A program made the position numbers and the translations under genes. From Malacoraja senta (taxonomy: Eukaryota): a stretch of 64,000 nt of DNA. The notes beneath the pieces were generated by a model. The model saw only the letters and a list, made by a program, of their open reading frames with translations, was not told the origin of the DNA and did not search any database. Positions 37,263-48,745 of this stretch are shown here, piece after piece. Position 1 is the first letter of the stretch. Every line of letters starts with the position of its first letter. The stretch spans positions 1-64,000 of the forward strand of contig JAXLNO010000520.1 in assembly GCA_038087875.1 (NCBI GenBank), written 5' to 3'.

Positions 37263-38023
37263 ATTAGATTAGATAGATAGCCCTTTATTGTCATTCAGAC
37301 CGAAGTCTGAACGAAATTGCAACAGTCATACATAAAACAACAATAAACACATATTAACATCCACCACAGTGAGTCCACCCGACATCTCCTCACTGTGATG
37401 GAGGCAAAAGTCTTAGGTCTGCAGTCTCTTCCCTCCTCTTCTCCCTCTGCGCTGAGGCGATACCCCCCGGGCGATGTTTCCCGCGGCTCAAACACGATGT
37501 TTCCCGCGGCCCGGGGTGGTCGAAGCTGCCGCCCACCAGTCCTGCAGACGCAGCCGCTGGCCCGCGGCCGAACCCCGGACTCAGGCCACCACCGCCAGAA
37601 CACTGTCCCAGCCACCCTCACGTGAGTACCGTGCCGTCTTCAGCCTCGGGCTGGGCCGCCCCGACTTGGGCGTCGCTTCTCCCTCCGGCCAGGCCGCCCC
37701 GACTTGGGCGTCGCTTCTCCCTCGGGCCGGGCTGCCCCGACTTGGGCGCTCACGGGAGCACTGTTCCAGCCCTGAGCCGGACCACCCTCACGGGAGCAAG
37801 CTTAGGGCGAGTCCTGACGGGCTCTGCCTCCGGAGCCTCGAGGTCATCAGCTCCATTAGGCCTCAGCGCAGACGGAGGCAGAGAAGGGGAATACGACCAA
37901 AAGTCGCATTCCCCCGCAGGGAGAGACTGCAAACCCCGTTACAACCCCCCACCCCCCCCAAAACACAAACTAAAAACCAAAAACTAGACTAACCAAAACA
38001 AAATAAACAACACAAAATAAACA
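37263..38023 (-). mobile_element. GC-rich non-coding retroelement with a Rex/Babar-type tail
   Basis: 10-bp TSD acatggtgtt (37253-37262 and 38024-38033). Minus-strand tail tgacaataaaggg(ctat)n. Related layout at 43205-44058. Confidence 0.75.
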
Positions 38024-39369
38024 ACATGGTGTTCTACATAACATGATGTGTAATGAAGTAGATAATGTAACGTCATCTGATATTTTTTATTATGTGCAGC
38101 ATGATATACGTAAGAAGAAGGTATGATAGATTATCTACTGTTCCTGCATTGTACAGTGTGATTTGTGTTGTGACCTAGTACCCATATATCACACTGTAGT
38201 GTCAGACCAGGAAACATTTATTGACTTTTATGCCAATTGGATTCTAGAAAGGCAAACACACAACTGGACTCTTTTGGGTTAACTTCCATCTTGAAGCACC
38301 CATTGTCAAAGTTGATGAGGGGTTAATGAAGGAAAAAAAACACACAAAGATGATCAGTCCTCATCCTATGTTAAATCTCTTTGCCACAGAAGGAATCTCA
38401 TCGCCACAGAATGGAATTCATTGCCACAGAAGGCTGCAGAGGCCAAGTCAGTGGATATTTTTAAGGTGGAGATTGTCAGATGGTAATAATTGGTATGGGT
38501 GTCTGGGGTTATGGGGCGAAGGCAGGAGAACAGGGTTGAGAGGGAAAGATCAGTCAGCCATGATTGAATGGTGGAGTAGACTTGATTGGTTGAATGGCCT
38601 AATTCTGCTCCTATAACATATGAACTTATGAACTCGCATGACTTCCAGCTTTAAAAGAGAAACAGAGAAAATGGGGGGGTGGAGGGGGATTGGTGATATT
38701 GGAGGCTATGCTGTCCTATTGTGTGGCCACAAGTTGTTTCACACGTTTTATTTTGTCATTGCTGTTTTCATTGACATTTTGGGCTCTTTTTAACAAGATG
38801 CAAATTGTGAAAATTAAGTGAGGTTTAAAAACAACACAGGTTTGGCTAGAAGATGTTTTTGCTGGTCGAGCTATGGCTCAGTAACAATTTGGCTCCCTGT
38901 TGAAATCCCAGTTATTATGAAAAAGCCGGGCAATTGATTCCTCTGAAAGCACCGTTGAATTCGGCACAGTTAAATTCATCCCTGGAGAAATCATCCTCCG
39001 GGCAAGAATTGATGATGGAAAATATGTTTCTTTTTTTCTCCTCACATCTTCATCAGAGTAGAGAAGATGCAAAATTACACCTCCAGTTTTCAGATGAATG
39101 CTCACGATCTGCAGATTTCAAAACACAGAGGTATATAACTCCAGTGAAATTAAATACTTAACTATGCTGTGTGTCAATCCTCCTTTTCTAGAGGTGCAGT
39201 TAGTTAAATTCATTGGAAAATAAACCAACTTGGGGAATAAATTCAGTAACCCTAAACAGCTACATGGGGATAGCAACCTCACACAGTTTGATGACTATTA
39301 TGATTCATGCCCCTGCCTTTGTTAACCATGGATTAGCCCCATGCTTCAGTGGAGGGGCCAGTATCATGA

Positions 39370-40030
39370 TGTTTTCAAGAGAGAGTTAGATTTAGCTCTT
39401 AGGGCTAAAGGAATCAAGAGATATGGGGAAAAAGTAGGAAGGGGGTATTGATTTTTGATGATCAGCCATGATCATATTGAATGGTGGTGCTTGCTCAAAG
39501 GGCTGAATGGCCTCCTTCTGCACCTATTTTCTATGTTTCTATGACCTAATTCATGGTCTTTATTGCTTAAAGAGTAGAAAATGCGAGATTGATCCCTGGG
39601 ATGGCGGGACTGTCATATGAGGAAAGATTGAAAAGACTAGGCTTGTATTCACTGGAGTTTAGAAGGATGAGGGGATATCTTATAGAAACATATACAATTA
39701 TTAAAGGACTGGACAAGCTAGATGCAGGAAATATGTTCCCAATATTGGGCGAGTCCAGAACCAGGGGCCACAGTCTTAGAATAAAGGGGAGCTCATTTAA
39801 GACTGAGGTGAGAAAAAAACTTTATCACACAGAGAGTTGTGAATTTATGGAATTCCCTGCCACAGAGGGCAGTGGGGGCCAAGTTACTGGATGGATTTAA
39901 GAGAGAGTTAGATAGAGCTCTAGGGGCTAGTGGAGTCAAGGGATATGGGGAGAAGGCAGGCACGGGTTATTGATAGGGGACGATCAGCCATGATCACTGG
40001 CTCGAAGGTCCGAATGGCCTCCTCCTGCAC
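39370..40030 (+). mobile_element. Two tandem CR1 3' fragments (39370-39543 and 39585-40030)
   Basis: Both end in gcacctattttctatgt. ORF IPGMAGLSYEERLKRLGLYSLEFRRMRG. Confidence 0.9.
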
Positions 40031-42212
40031 CTATTTTCTATGTCTCTATGTAAAAAGAGCAACAAAAGCTTTTCACTATACACTTGACAATAAACTAAAC
40101 TGAACTGAGGAAGATTTTGGCAGGAGCAGGAAGTGAATTTGAACTGTGAGATAGTGGTAAATGATGATTGGTAAATGTAGATTGTAAAACCCCAATTTTC
40201 AGATCAAACAGAATAAACAAAATACTTCATATACATGGTCACTGCAAATTCTGTTTATTTATCTTAAATCGGTCACTGAAATACTGTCAAAAAGGCTATG
40301 TGATAAAGGCTATGTTTTACCTGTTTGTTTTCAAACAGGCCAAGCTTGGTACTGGAGAGGTTCATACTGTTGCTTCTATCAAAAGTTCTTCTCCTTCCTT
40401 GTTGACTGTGGGTTTCTGGAGTTTTTGTTGTCAATGTCCACAATATTCATTATTGCTTGTGTTCCATGGTCAGGATATTCTTGTCTCTTGCAGTGAATAT
40501 AGATCTTGACCCTGCATTTCCTTGAATCCAATGTCATTACCCTCACCAAAATGAATCGTCCATAAATCATTTCCTACTTCAGCCAAAGTTGTGCTGTTCA
40601 TTAAGAGATGGAGACTGTCTTTCAATAATGCAACAGGATCACAATATTTTTTTAATCTTTCAGTCGGGCCTCATCACTCCAGTTATCAGTTCATTGGTAG
40701 ACTTAGAGTCAAACAATACAGAAGCAGGTACATTGGTCAAATTCATCCACTTTGACCAAGATGCCCCATCTAAGCTTGTTTTATTTGCCTGCATTTGGGT
40801 TATATTACTCAGAATGTTTTCTATCCATGCACCTTCCAAATGTACCTTAAATGTTGTTATTGTACTTTCCTCATCCACTTCCTCTGGCAGCTGATTGCAT
40901 ATATATCATCGCCCTTTGTGTGCTCATATCCCTCTGAACCTTTCCTATCCATGTACCTGACCAAATGTCTTACAAATGTTGTATCTGTTTCTATCTGCCT
41001 CAACTACTTCCTCTGGCAGCTTGTTCCATATACCCACTACCCTTTCCTGTTTAGGAAGACAATAGACAATAGACAATAGACAATAGGAGCAGGAGTAGGC
41101 CATTCGGCCCTTCGGGCCAGCACCGCCATTCAATGTGATCATGGCTGATCGTCCCCAATCAGTACCCCGTTCCTGCCTTCTCCCCATATCCCCTGACTCC
41201 ACTATTTTTAAGAGCCGTATCTAGCTCTCTCTTGAAAGCATCCAGAGAACCTGCCTCAGACAGGCAGAGAATTCCACAGACACACCACTCTGTGGAAGGA
41301 ACTGCAGATACTGGTTTAAAGCAAAGAAAAACATAACGAGCAGGAGTAACTCAGTCTGAAGAAGGGTCTCGACTTGAAACGTCACCTATTCATTTTCTCC
41401 ATAGATGTTGTCTGACCCGCTGTGTTACTCCAACTCTTTGTGTCACCCCTTCCCTGTTTGTTCTGTATTTAGAGCTCACTGCAATCAGATCTTCTGTCCA
41501 GCACAAACCCACTCTGCTGATTAGGACATGCACTTCTAGTTGAAGGAGTCATGGTCTCACAGTGATGACTGGGAGAAAAGAAGTTCCACAACTTGACAAT
41601 GCTATAATGGAGTTGGTGGTACAAAAGACTGAAGTTATCAGTGATACTAATTGGTGGCACATGGGAATCAACCCAGAGGGAACTAAATGAATGAACAATA
41701 AATTATAGAAAATGGACGGCAAAGTTAGTGCAGCTGGTAGAGCTGCTGCCTCACAGCGCTTGGGACCCGAGTTTGATCCTGACCTCTTGTATTGTCTGAG
41801 TGGCTTACACCCTCCCTGTGACCATGTGGGTTTCCTCTGGGTGTTCCAGTTTCTTCCCAGATCTCAAAGAAAAGAAGGGTTTTGTGGGTTAATTGGGCCT
41901 CTGTAAATTGTCCCTAGTGTGTAGTAAGTGGATGAGAAAGTGAGATAACAGAGAACGAGTGTGAACTGGTGATTGTTGGTCAGTGTGGACTAATGGGCCG
42001 AAGGGCCTGTTTGAATGCTGTATCTCTAATCTAAACTAAAGTAAACATCGAGAAGTACAGAGGAACAAAGGGGCCAACCTATCCTATCATTCTGAAGAAG
42101 GGTCTCGACCCAAAACGTCACCAATTCCTTCTCTCTAGAGATAATGCCTGCCCTAGTATTTTGTGCCTCGACTAGGTTGATAAACTGGTTAAGAAAGTCT
42201 CTGCGATACTTA

Positions 42213-42408
42213 GCAGAGAGGATTTTTTTTTCTTCCCTTTTACGGAGGTAGAGGTCGGGGATGGGGCCCTGGTACGTATTGAACAAGGATTGTTCGACGT
42301 GCCCGACAAAGAGGCAGGAAAAGAAGGGTTTCGGCCCGAAACGTTGCCTATTTCCTTCGCTCCATAGATGCTGCTGCACCCGCTGAGATTCTCCAGCACT
42401 TTTGTGTA
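42213..42408. mobile_element. Short Penelope insertion: inverted RT piece plus pLTR
   Basis: 13-bp TSD tctgcgatactta (42200-42212 and 42409-42421). Minus-strand peptide CLFVGHVEQSLFNTYQGPIPDLYLR. Plus-strand gaagggtttcggcccgaaacgttg. Confidence 0.8.
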
Positions 42409-43204
42409 TCTGCGATACTTACTTTTATTTGCTGTGTTTTGGATTATAAGAGCTGAAACATGTATAATTAGTTCACAACAAGAGTTCTGTAAACAATGCC
42501 TGTCATCACATTACAGGAAGAACGTGATGGCACCAGGGATGCTCCAAAGGTAATTTATAAGGATTTTAGCAGAGCTGAAAAATTAAGTATAATGCTAATT
42601 TGCATGTGTGTATATTGTTTCTTTTGGAATAGAAGAAACTCATTAAAAGAAAATAATAATATTGCAAAACACAAACTGGGTTAAAAGGAAAGACCAATTC
42701 TCTTTGATAGCAAAATCTCCAATTAGGAATCATCAAAGTTAGGTGGTAAACAGGAGGATTAAGTGTATTTATTGAAACAACAGAACACTCCATTAATTGG
42801 GATTCTTCACAATCTGTTTATATCCAGGTTTAGAATGGAATCAATTTACCATCTTAACACACTCTTTAGGATTTTGTGCACCAGTTAGATGACCAATACT
42901 TACAACAATTGATTTACTCAGTCTGCACAGCCACACATACCCCCAAATAAGGCTATACATGGATATACAGGAGGGATATGGGTCAAATGCAGGCAAATGG
43001 GTCTAGCTTAGATGGCGCATTTTGGTTGGCATGGACAAGTTGGGCCGAAGGGCATGTTTCTGTGCCGTGTGGCTCTATAGCTCTATGTTGCACAGCAGGA
43101 TCCCACAAATTACTACTAACAATGACTAATTTAGTAATAATGCTAAAGATTTAGATAAAGATTTCACCAGGTCAAAATGTAAGTCAAAATATTAGCTACT
43201 CAAA

Positions 43205-44058
43205 AAATTGTCGGAGTGCGGCTGCGCGGATTAATGCAGCGGCCCCTACAGCCCGTCTGTCTTTTTTTTATTTTTGTCTAGTTAAATGTAGTTGTTTGTG
43301 TTTTTTTTTTTACTGTTTTAATTGTGTATATGTGGCGGGCGGGGGGGGAGGGGGAAACTTAAAAAAAATCTATTCCCTGCACGGGAGACCCGACTTTTTC
43401 CATGTTGGGTCTCCGTTGTCGTTGGGGCCTAGCTCCGTGGAGCGGCCTCCGACCGGGACGACCTGGGGGCTCCAGTCGCGGAGCCTGTGGAGCTGCGGAC
43501 TTACCATCGTGGGGTTGGCCGTCCTCGGAGCGCGGGGAGCGGTGGTGACCCGTTGCTGCGGCCCGACTCCGGAGCTCCAGCTGCAGCTGCAGACCCGTGG
43601 ACTGGGATATCGGGAGCTCGCGGGTCCGGGTGAGAGACCGCTTTCCGGAGCTCCCGCAACGCAACTTCTCCAGCTCGAGTCGCGGGGTTGGAACGACCCG
43701 GAGCGGGTCCGTAAATCGCCCGGCGCGGCTTTAATGTTAAAGCCGCGGGACATTCCAGCGCCCGCCGGGGGCTCCAACTTGTGACTTTGGGCCCGGAGCG
43801 GGGCCGTACACCGCCCGGCGCGGCCTCAACGGCCGTGGGGCTTAACCTTGCCCGCCTGGGGCTTCAACATCGGGAGAAAAATGGTGCAGGGGAGAGAAAT
43901 GACTTTGCCTTCCATCACAGTGAGGAGGAGATTCACTGTGATGGATGTTTTTCTGTAAATTGAATTGGTAGGAATTGTTTTGTTTGTATGGCAGTGGAAA
44001 CGGAGTTTCATTTGAGCCTCTTTGAGGTTCAAATGACAAGAAATAAAATCAAATTAAA
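43205..44058 (+). mobile_element. GC-rich non-coding retroelement related to 37263-38023
   Basis: T-rich then G-run leader, 'ccctgc..ggga..cgacttt', hairpin ccatcacagtga/tcactgtgatgg, and tail tgacaagaaataaaatc. Confidence 0.7.
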
Positions 44059-45221
44059 TGATCAAATACTAAAAAATAATTAACTTTAATAAAAGATAAG
44101 ACATCTATATTACCAGATAAATTGAAGTCCCCTCTATGGCCAAGGGAGGTGATAGATTAGTTACAGGGAATATGTTGATGACTTCTGTAACAACATAGAA
44201 CTTTAAACACAGGAACACACACTTCAGCCCACAATGTTCGTGCTGAACATGGTGCCAAATTAGTCTAATCCCTTCTGTCTGCACATAATCCATATCCCTT
44301 CAATTCCTGCATATTCATGTGCCTATTTAAAACCCTCTTAAAGGCCACTATCGTATCTGCTTCCATCATCACCTCCCCGGCAGTGTGTTTCACGCACATC
44401 TTCTTAATACTTTGCTCTTCTCATCTTAAAGCTATGCTCTCTAGTATTTTATATTTCCACATTGGGGAAAAAAAGTCTACCCTATCTATGCTTCTCATAA
44501 TTTTATCATGTTCCTTCAGGTCTCCCCTTGGCCTCTGGCGCTCCAGAGGAAATAATCGAAGTTTATCCAAGCTCTCCTTGTAGCTTCTTCTTCTTGCCTA
44601 TGGCGTGCACAGCCTAAAGTTGTAAGACAACTTGTTCTGTTTGATCTTCTGTTTCTGCACGCCAGGTTGATTGCATTCGTCAAAACAGGGTGGACCACGT
44701 GAAGGATGCAATCTCCCACCCCTCCTTGTAGCTAATACCCTCTAATCCAGACTGCATCTCTTATACCCTCTCCAAAGCTTCCGCATCCTTCTTGTAATGG
44801 GTCAACCAGAAATGCACACAGTACTCCAAAGTGTGGCTTAACTAATGTGGTTTCCCCAATTTCCTAACAAAAATGAAATGAGGCCATTCAGGCATTTGGA
44901 TCTATGCTTCCATTCCCACCTTTCTAATTCTCCCATTTATTTTCCTGCATCCTGTTCTTCCTCACATATCCATCAACTGACACGTTCCTGCACTTGTCTT
45001 CGGGATATAGGAGGAAACTGGAGCAGCCGGGGAAAACCTTCAAATTTCGCATAGGCAATATACTGGGTCAGAATTAAACCCGGGTGATCGGAACTATGCA
45101 GTGGCTCTACTAACTGCTGCAATTTTTTATTTGCATTTGTTTATCATTTGTCATCCATCTCTAGCTGACCCTGAATTAAGCTGCATGCTGATGCATCTCA
45201 TAATCAACAGGTCTGGACTAA

Positions 45222-46138
45222 AGGGCCTGTCCCACGGGCAGGCGATTCCAGGCGGCAAGCGCAACTTCCCCGGAAGCGGGGGCCGCGCGGCTGCCGCACG
45301 GGTGCCACCGTACGGCCTGTCCCACGAGCATGCGGCAAGCGCAACCTAACCGGAAGCGGTTGCCGCGCGGAGGCCGAGTGATTACCGTACGGCCTGTCCC
45401 ACGAGCATGCGAATGCATGCGGCGAGCGCAGCGTCGGGTGATGACGTCAGTGCGCAACGCAACGTGCTAGCCTACTTCGTCGAGACGGTGCGCGGCGTCC
45501 AGGCGGTGCTCGTGGCATCCAGGCGGTGCTCGCGGCGTCCAGGCGGTGCTCGTGGCGTCCAGGCGGTGCTCGTGGTGTCCAGGCGGTGCTCGTGGCGTCC
45601 AGGCGGTGCTCGTGGTGTCCAGGCGGTGCTCGTGGTGTCCAGGCGGTGCTCGCGGCGTCCAGGCAGTGCTCGTGGCGTCCAGGCGGTGCTCGTGGTGTCC
45701 AGGCGGTGCTCGTGGTGTCCAGGCGGTGCTCGTGGCGTCCAGGCGGTGCTCGCAGCCTCCAGGCGGTGTGCGCGGCGTCGAGGCGGCAGCGGGGCGTCCA
45801 GGCGGTGCTCGCGGCCTCCAGGCGGTGTGCGCGGCGTCGAGGCGGCAGCGGGGCGTCCAGGCGGTGCTCGCGGCCTCCAGGCGGTGCGCGCGGCGTCCAG
45901 GCGGTGCTCGTGGCGTCCAGGCGGTGCTCGTGGCATCGAGGCGGCAGCGGGGCGGCAGGCCGTTGCCGCACAGGATTTTTGGACAGTGTCAGTTTTTCTG
46001 AGCCCCGCGCGGTGTCGGGACCAACTACATACGGCTCCGGCGATCTGCGTGGGACCGACCCCGAGGTGCCCGCGCGGTCCCCACTTCCTGCTAGGTCGCG
46101 CTTACCGCCTGGAATCGCCTGCCCGTGGGACAGGCCCT
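45222..46138. mobile_element. CpG-rich Harbinger-like MITE with an expanded internal minisatellite
   Basis: TIRs agggcctgtcccacgggcaggcgattccaggcgg / ccgcctggaatcgcctgcccgtgggacaggccct. Flanks TAA / TTA. Confidence 0.9.
45490..45955 (+). repeat. 20-bp minisatellite ccaggcggtgctcgtggYgt (roughly 20 units including variants)
   Basis: Strict 20-bp register from about 45499 to 45770, then variant units. Confidence 0.95.
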
Positions 46139-47236
46139 TTACTTGTACACTAAATTGGATAAGAATGGCAGATTTCCTCCCTTGAAGGGCACAGTTTTTC
46201 AGATGAGGTCCAGTAGTCACCGTTACCAATAACTAATCTTTGCAAATTCTGGAACAATTTTGAGGGCCTGAGTTGGATTTGAATTCAGGTCGCTGTATTT
46301 CCGTGCTGGTAACATAACCATTGCACCATCATGCCAGCTGCAGTGGATCCCTGACATATTCCAATGACTTCCTGGCATATGCTGAGTGGAACAGTGGATC
46401 ATTCCAATTCCACTGATTAGTTCACGAGGAAAGCAACAGAAATAAAAATAGAAAAGGGGAAAAGGAGAGATGATTAAAAATGATACATCTGCATCACAGG
46501 CTGCACCACTTGAAAGGAGGAGGAGGAGGAGGAGGAGTGTGGGTGCGTGTGTGTGGGTGGGTGTTTCAACAGTGTTGTGCTATTTATCTTTCGGGGCAAT
46601 TAATTTATAAAATATTCTGCAATCTTAATCATCATGAAACTAAGATGATGTTTTGATAATGAACAAGCATTGTTCCTTTCTTGTATACTATTTCATCTGT
46701 ATGTAATAAACATACAAACATTCAGTCTATTCCACATCACTCTTACTTTCACCCCAAATTATCCATCAGCCTTGATCATTCCTGCAGATCTCATTGAAAC
46801 TATTCAAGTCAAAAGGAAGAGACAGGCAGATGTCAGAAAGCTCTCTGTTGATCCGTGGTTAATTGCAGTTTCAATTATTCAATTGAGTTTAATTGGATCA
46901 TGGTTTAAATAATTGATTTATTGGCCTTCCACTGGTCCTAAGTGGATCATCAATTAGTTGATGCTTATCTTTCAGCTCTGGGTGACATTTTTAGAGGGAT
47001 GTGAACATCTGCTTAACAACACTTTTGCAGATATATCCCAATCATAACATTGTTATTGTGGCAATATATAATTGTCAAAGCAGCAGCAAACTATTTCCTG
47101 GAATGCCTGACTCAGCAAGAGTGTCAGAGTACCAGAAGATAAAAATCTAAAAAAGTGCAGATGCTGGGAATCTGAACTAAAAATAAAAAAAGGGAGCTCT
47201 TGCCTGGTCAGGCAGCCTCTGACAAAGCACACTTTT

Positions 47237-47483
47237 AAGTCAAGTCAAGTCAAGTCACATTTATTTATATAGCACATTTAAAAAACAACTCTCGTTGGCC
47301 AAAGTGCTTTACATTTGTTATAAGAATAGTATAAACAAACAAACTACATACATATATACATATAGCCCTCGCTCAGAGGACGTCAAGAAAGGCTTGGGAG
47401 TACAGATACGTTTTTAGTCTTGACTTAAAGGTGTCGATGGAGGGGGCAGTTCTGATGGGAAGGGGGATGCTGTTCCACAGTCT
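47237..47483 (-). mobile_element. L2-type LINE 3' end
   Basis: (aagtc)4 followed by acatttatttatatagcacattt...aaagtgctttaca. Confidence 0.75.
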
Positions 47484-47743
47484 ACACGATTTGCAGCACA
47501 TTTCCAGCGATTTCTCTTTTTATATCACCCTTTATATCTCTCGTTTCCCTTTCCCCTGACTCTCAGTCTGAAGAAGGGTCTCGACTCAAAATGTCACCTA
47601 TTCCCATTTTCCAGGACTGCATGGTGGCGCAGCGGTAGAGTTGCTGCCTTGCCGCGCCAGAGACTCGGGTTCAATCCTGACTACGGGTACTGTCTGTATG
47701 GAGTTTGTACGTTCTCCCCATGACCCGCGTGGGTTTTCCCTGG

Positions 47744-48336
47744 TACACAAAAATGCTGGAGAAACTCAGCGGGTGCAGCAGCATCTATGGAGCGAAGGAA
47801 ATAGGCAACGTTTCGGGCCGAAACCGTTCTTCAGACTGATGGGTGGGGGGGGGGGGTGGGAGGGGGCAGGGAGAAGAAAGGAAAAAGGAGGAGGAGCCCG
47901 AGGGCTGAGGGAGAGCTGGGAAGAGGAGGAGACAGCAAGGGCTAACAGAATTGTGAGAATTCAATGTTCATGCCACCAGGATGCAGACTCCCCAAGTGGA
48001 ATATGAGGTGCTGTTCCTCCAATTTCCGGTGGTGCTCACTCTGGCCATGGAGGAGGCCCAGGACAGAGAGGTCGGATACGGAATGGGAGGGGGAGTTGAA
48101 GTGCTGAGCCACCGGGAGGTCAGGTTGGTTAATGCGGACCGAGCGGAGGTGTTCGGCGAAACGATCGCCAGGCCTACGCTTGGTCTCACCTCTGTAGATC
48201 AGCTGACATCTAGAACAGCGGATGCAATAGATGAGATTGGAGGAGGTGCAGGTGAACCTCTGTCGCACCTGGAACGACTGCTTGGGTCCTTGAATGGAGA
48301 CGAGGGGGGAGGTAAATTGACAAGTGTAGCAACTCT
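47744..48336 (-). mobile_element. Penelope-like element 3' fragment (GIY-YIG endonuclease + pLTR) inserted in a V-SINE
   Basis: ORF 47942..48268 FTCTSSNLIYCIRCSRCQLIYRGETKRR..RFAEH...VAQHFN...LEEQHLI..LGSLHPGGMN. 14-bp TSD with one mismatch (47730-47743 and 48337-48350). SINE halves on both sides. Confidence 0.9.
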
Positions 48337-48585
48337 TGGGATTTCCCTGGGATCCCTGGTGTCCTCCAACACTCCAAAGGCGTACAGGTTTGTAAGTTAA
48401 TTGGCTTGGTATAATTGTAAATCGTCCCCAGTGTATGTAGATAGTGTTAATGTACGGGGATCGCTGGTCGGCACAGAGCCCCGTACTCTAGCACTATCCT
48501 ACACTCTAGGACAATTTACAAATGTTGACCAAAGACAAATTAACCCACATACCTACCTGTACATCTTTGGAGTGTGGCAGAAAAG

Positions 48586-48745
48586 ATAGTCACAGAATGC
48601 TGGAGTAACTCAGCGGGTCAGACAGCAGCTTTGGAGAACATGGATAGGTGACGTTTGAGGTCAGGACGAAACCTGAAACATCACCTATTCATGTTCTCCA
48701 GAGATGCTGACTGACCCGCTGAGTTACTCCAGTACTTTGTGTTCA
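48586..48745. mobile_element. Palindromic Penelope-derived mini-element
   Basis: tgctggagtaactcagcgggtcag...gtgacgttt / aaacatcacc...ctgacccgctgagttactccagta. Confidence 0.8.

Noticed and set aside
45407..46229. Overlapping 150-260 aa ORFs in several frames; superficially CRISPR-like periodicity
   Set aside because: A stop-free GC-rich 20-bp tandem repeat with no unique spacers.
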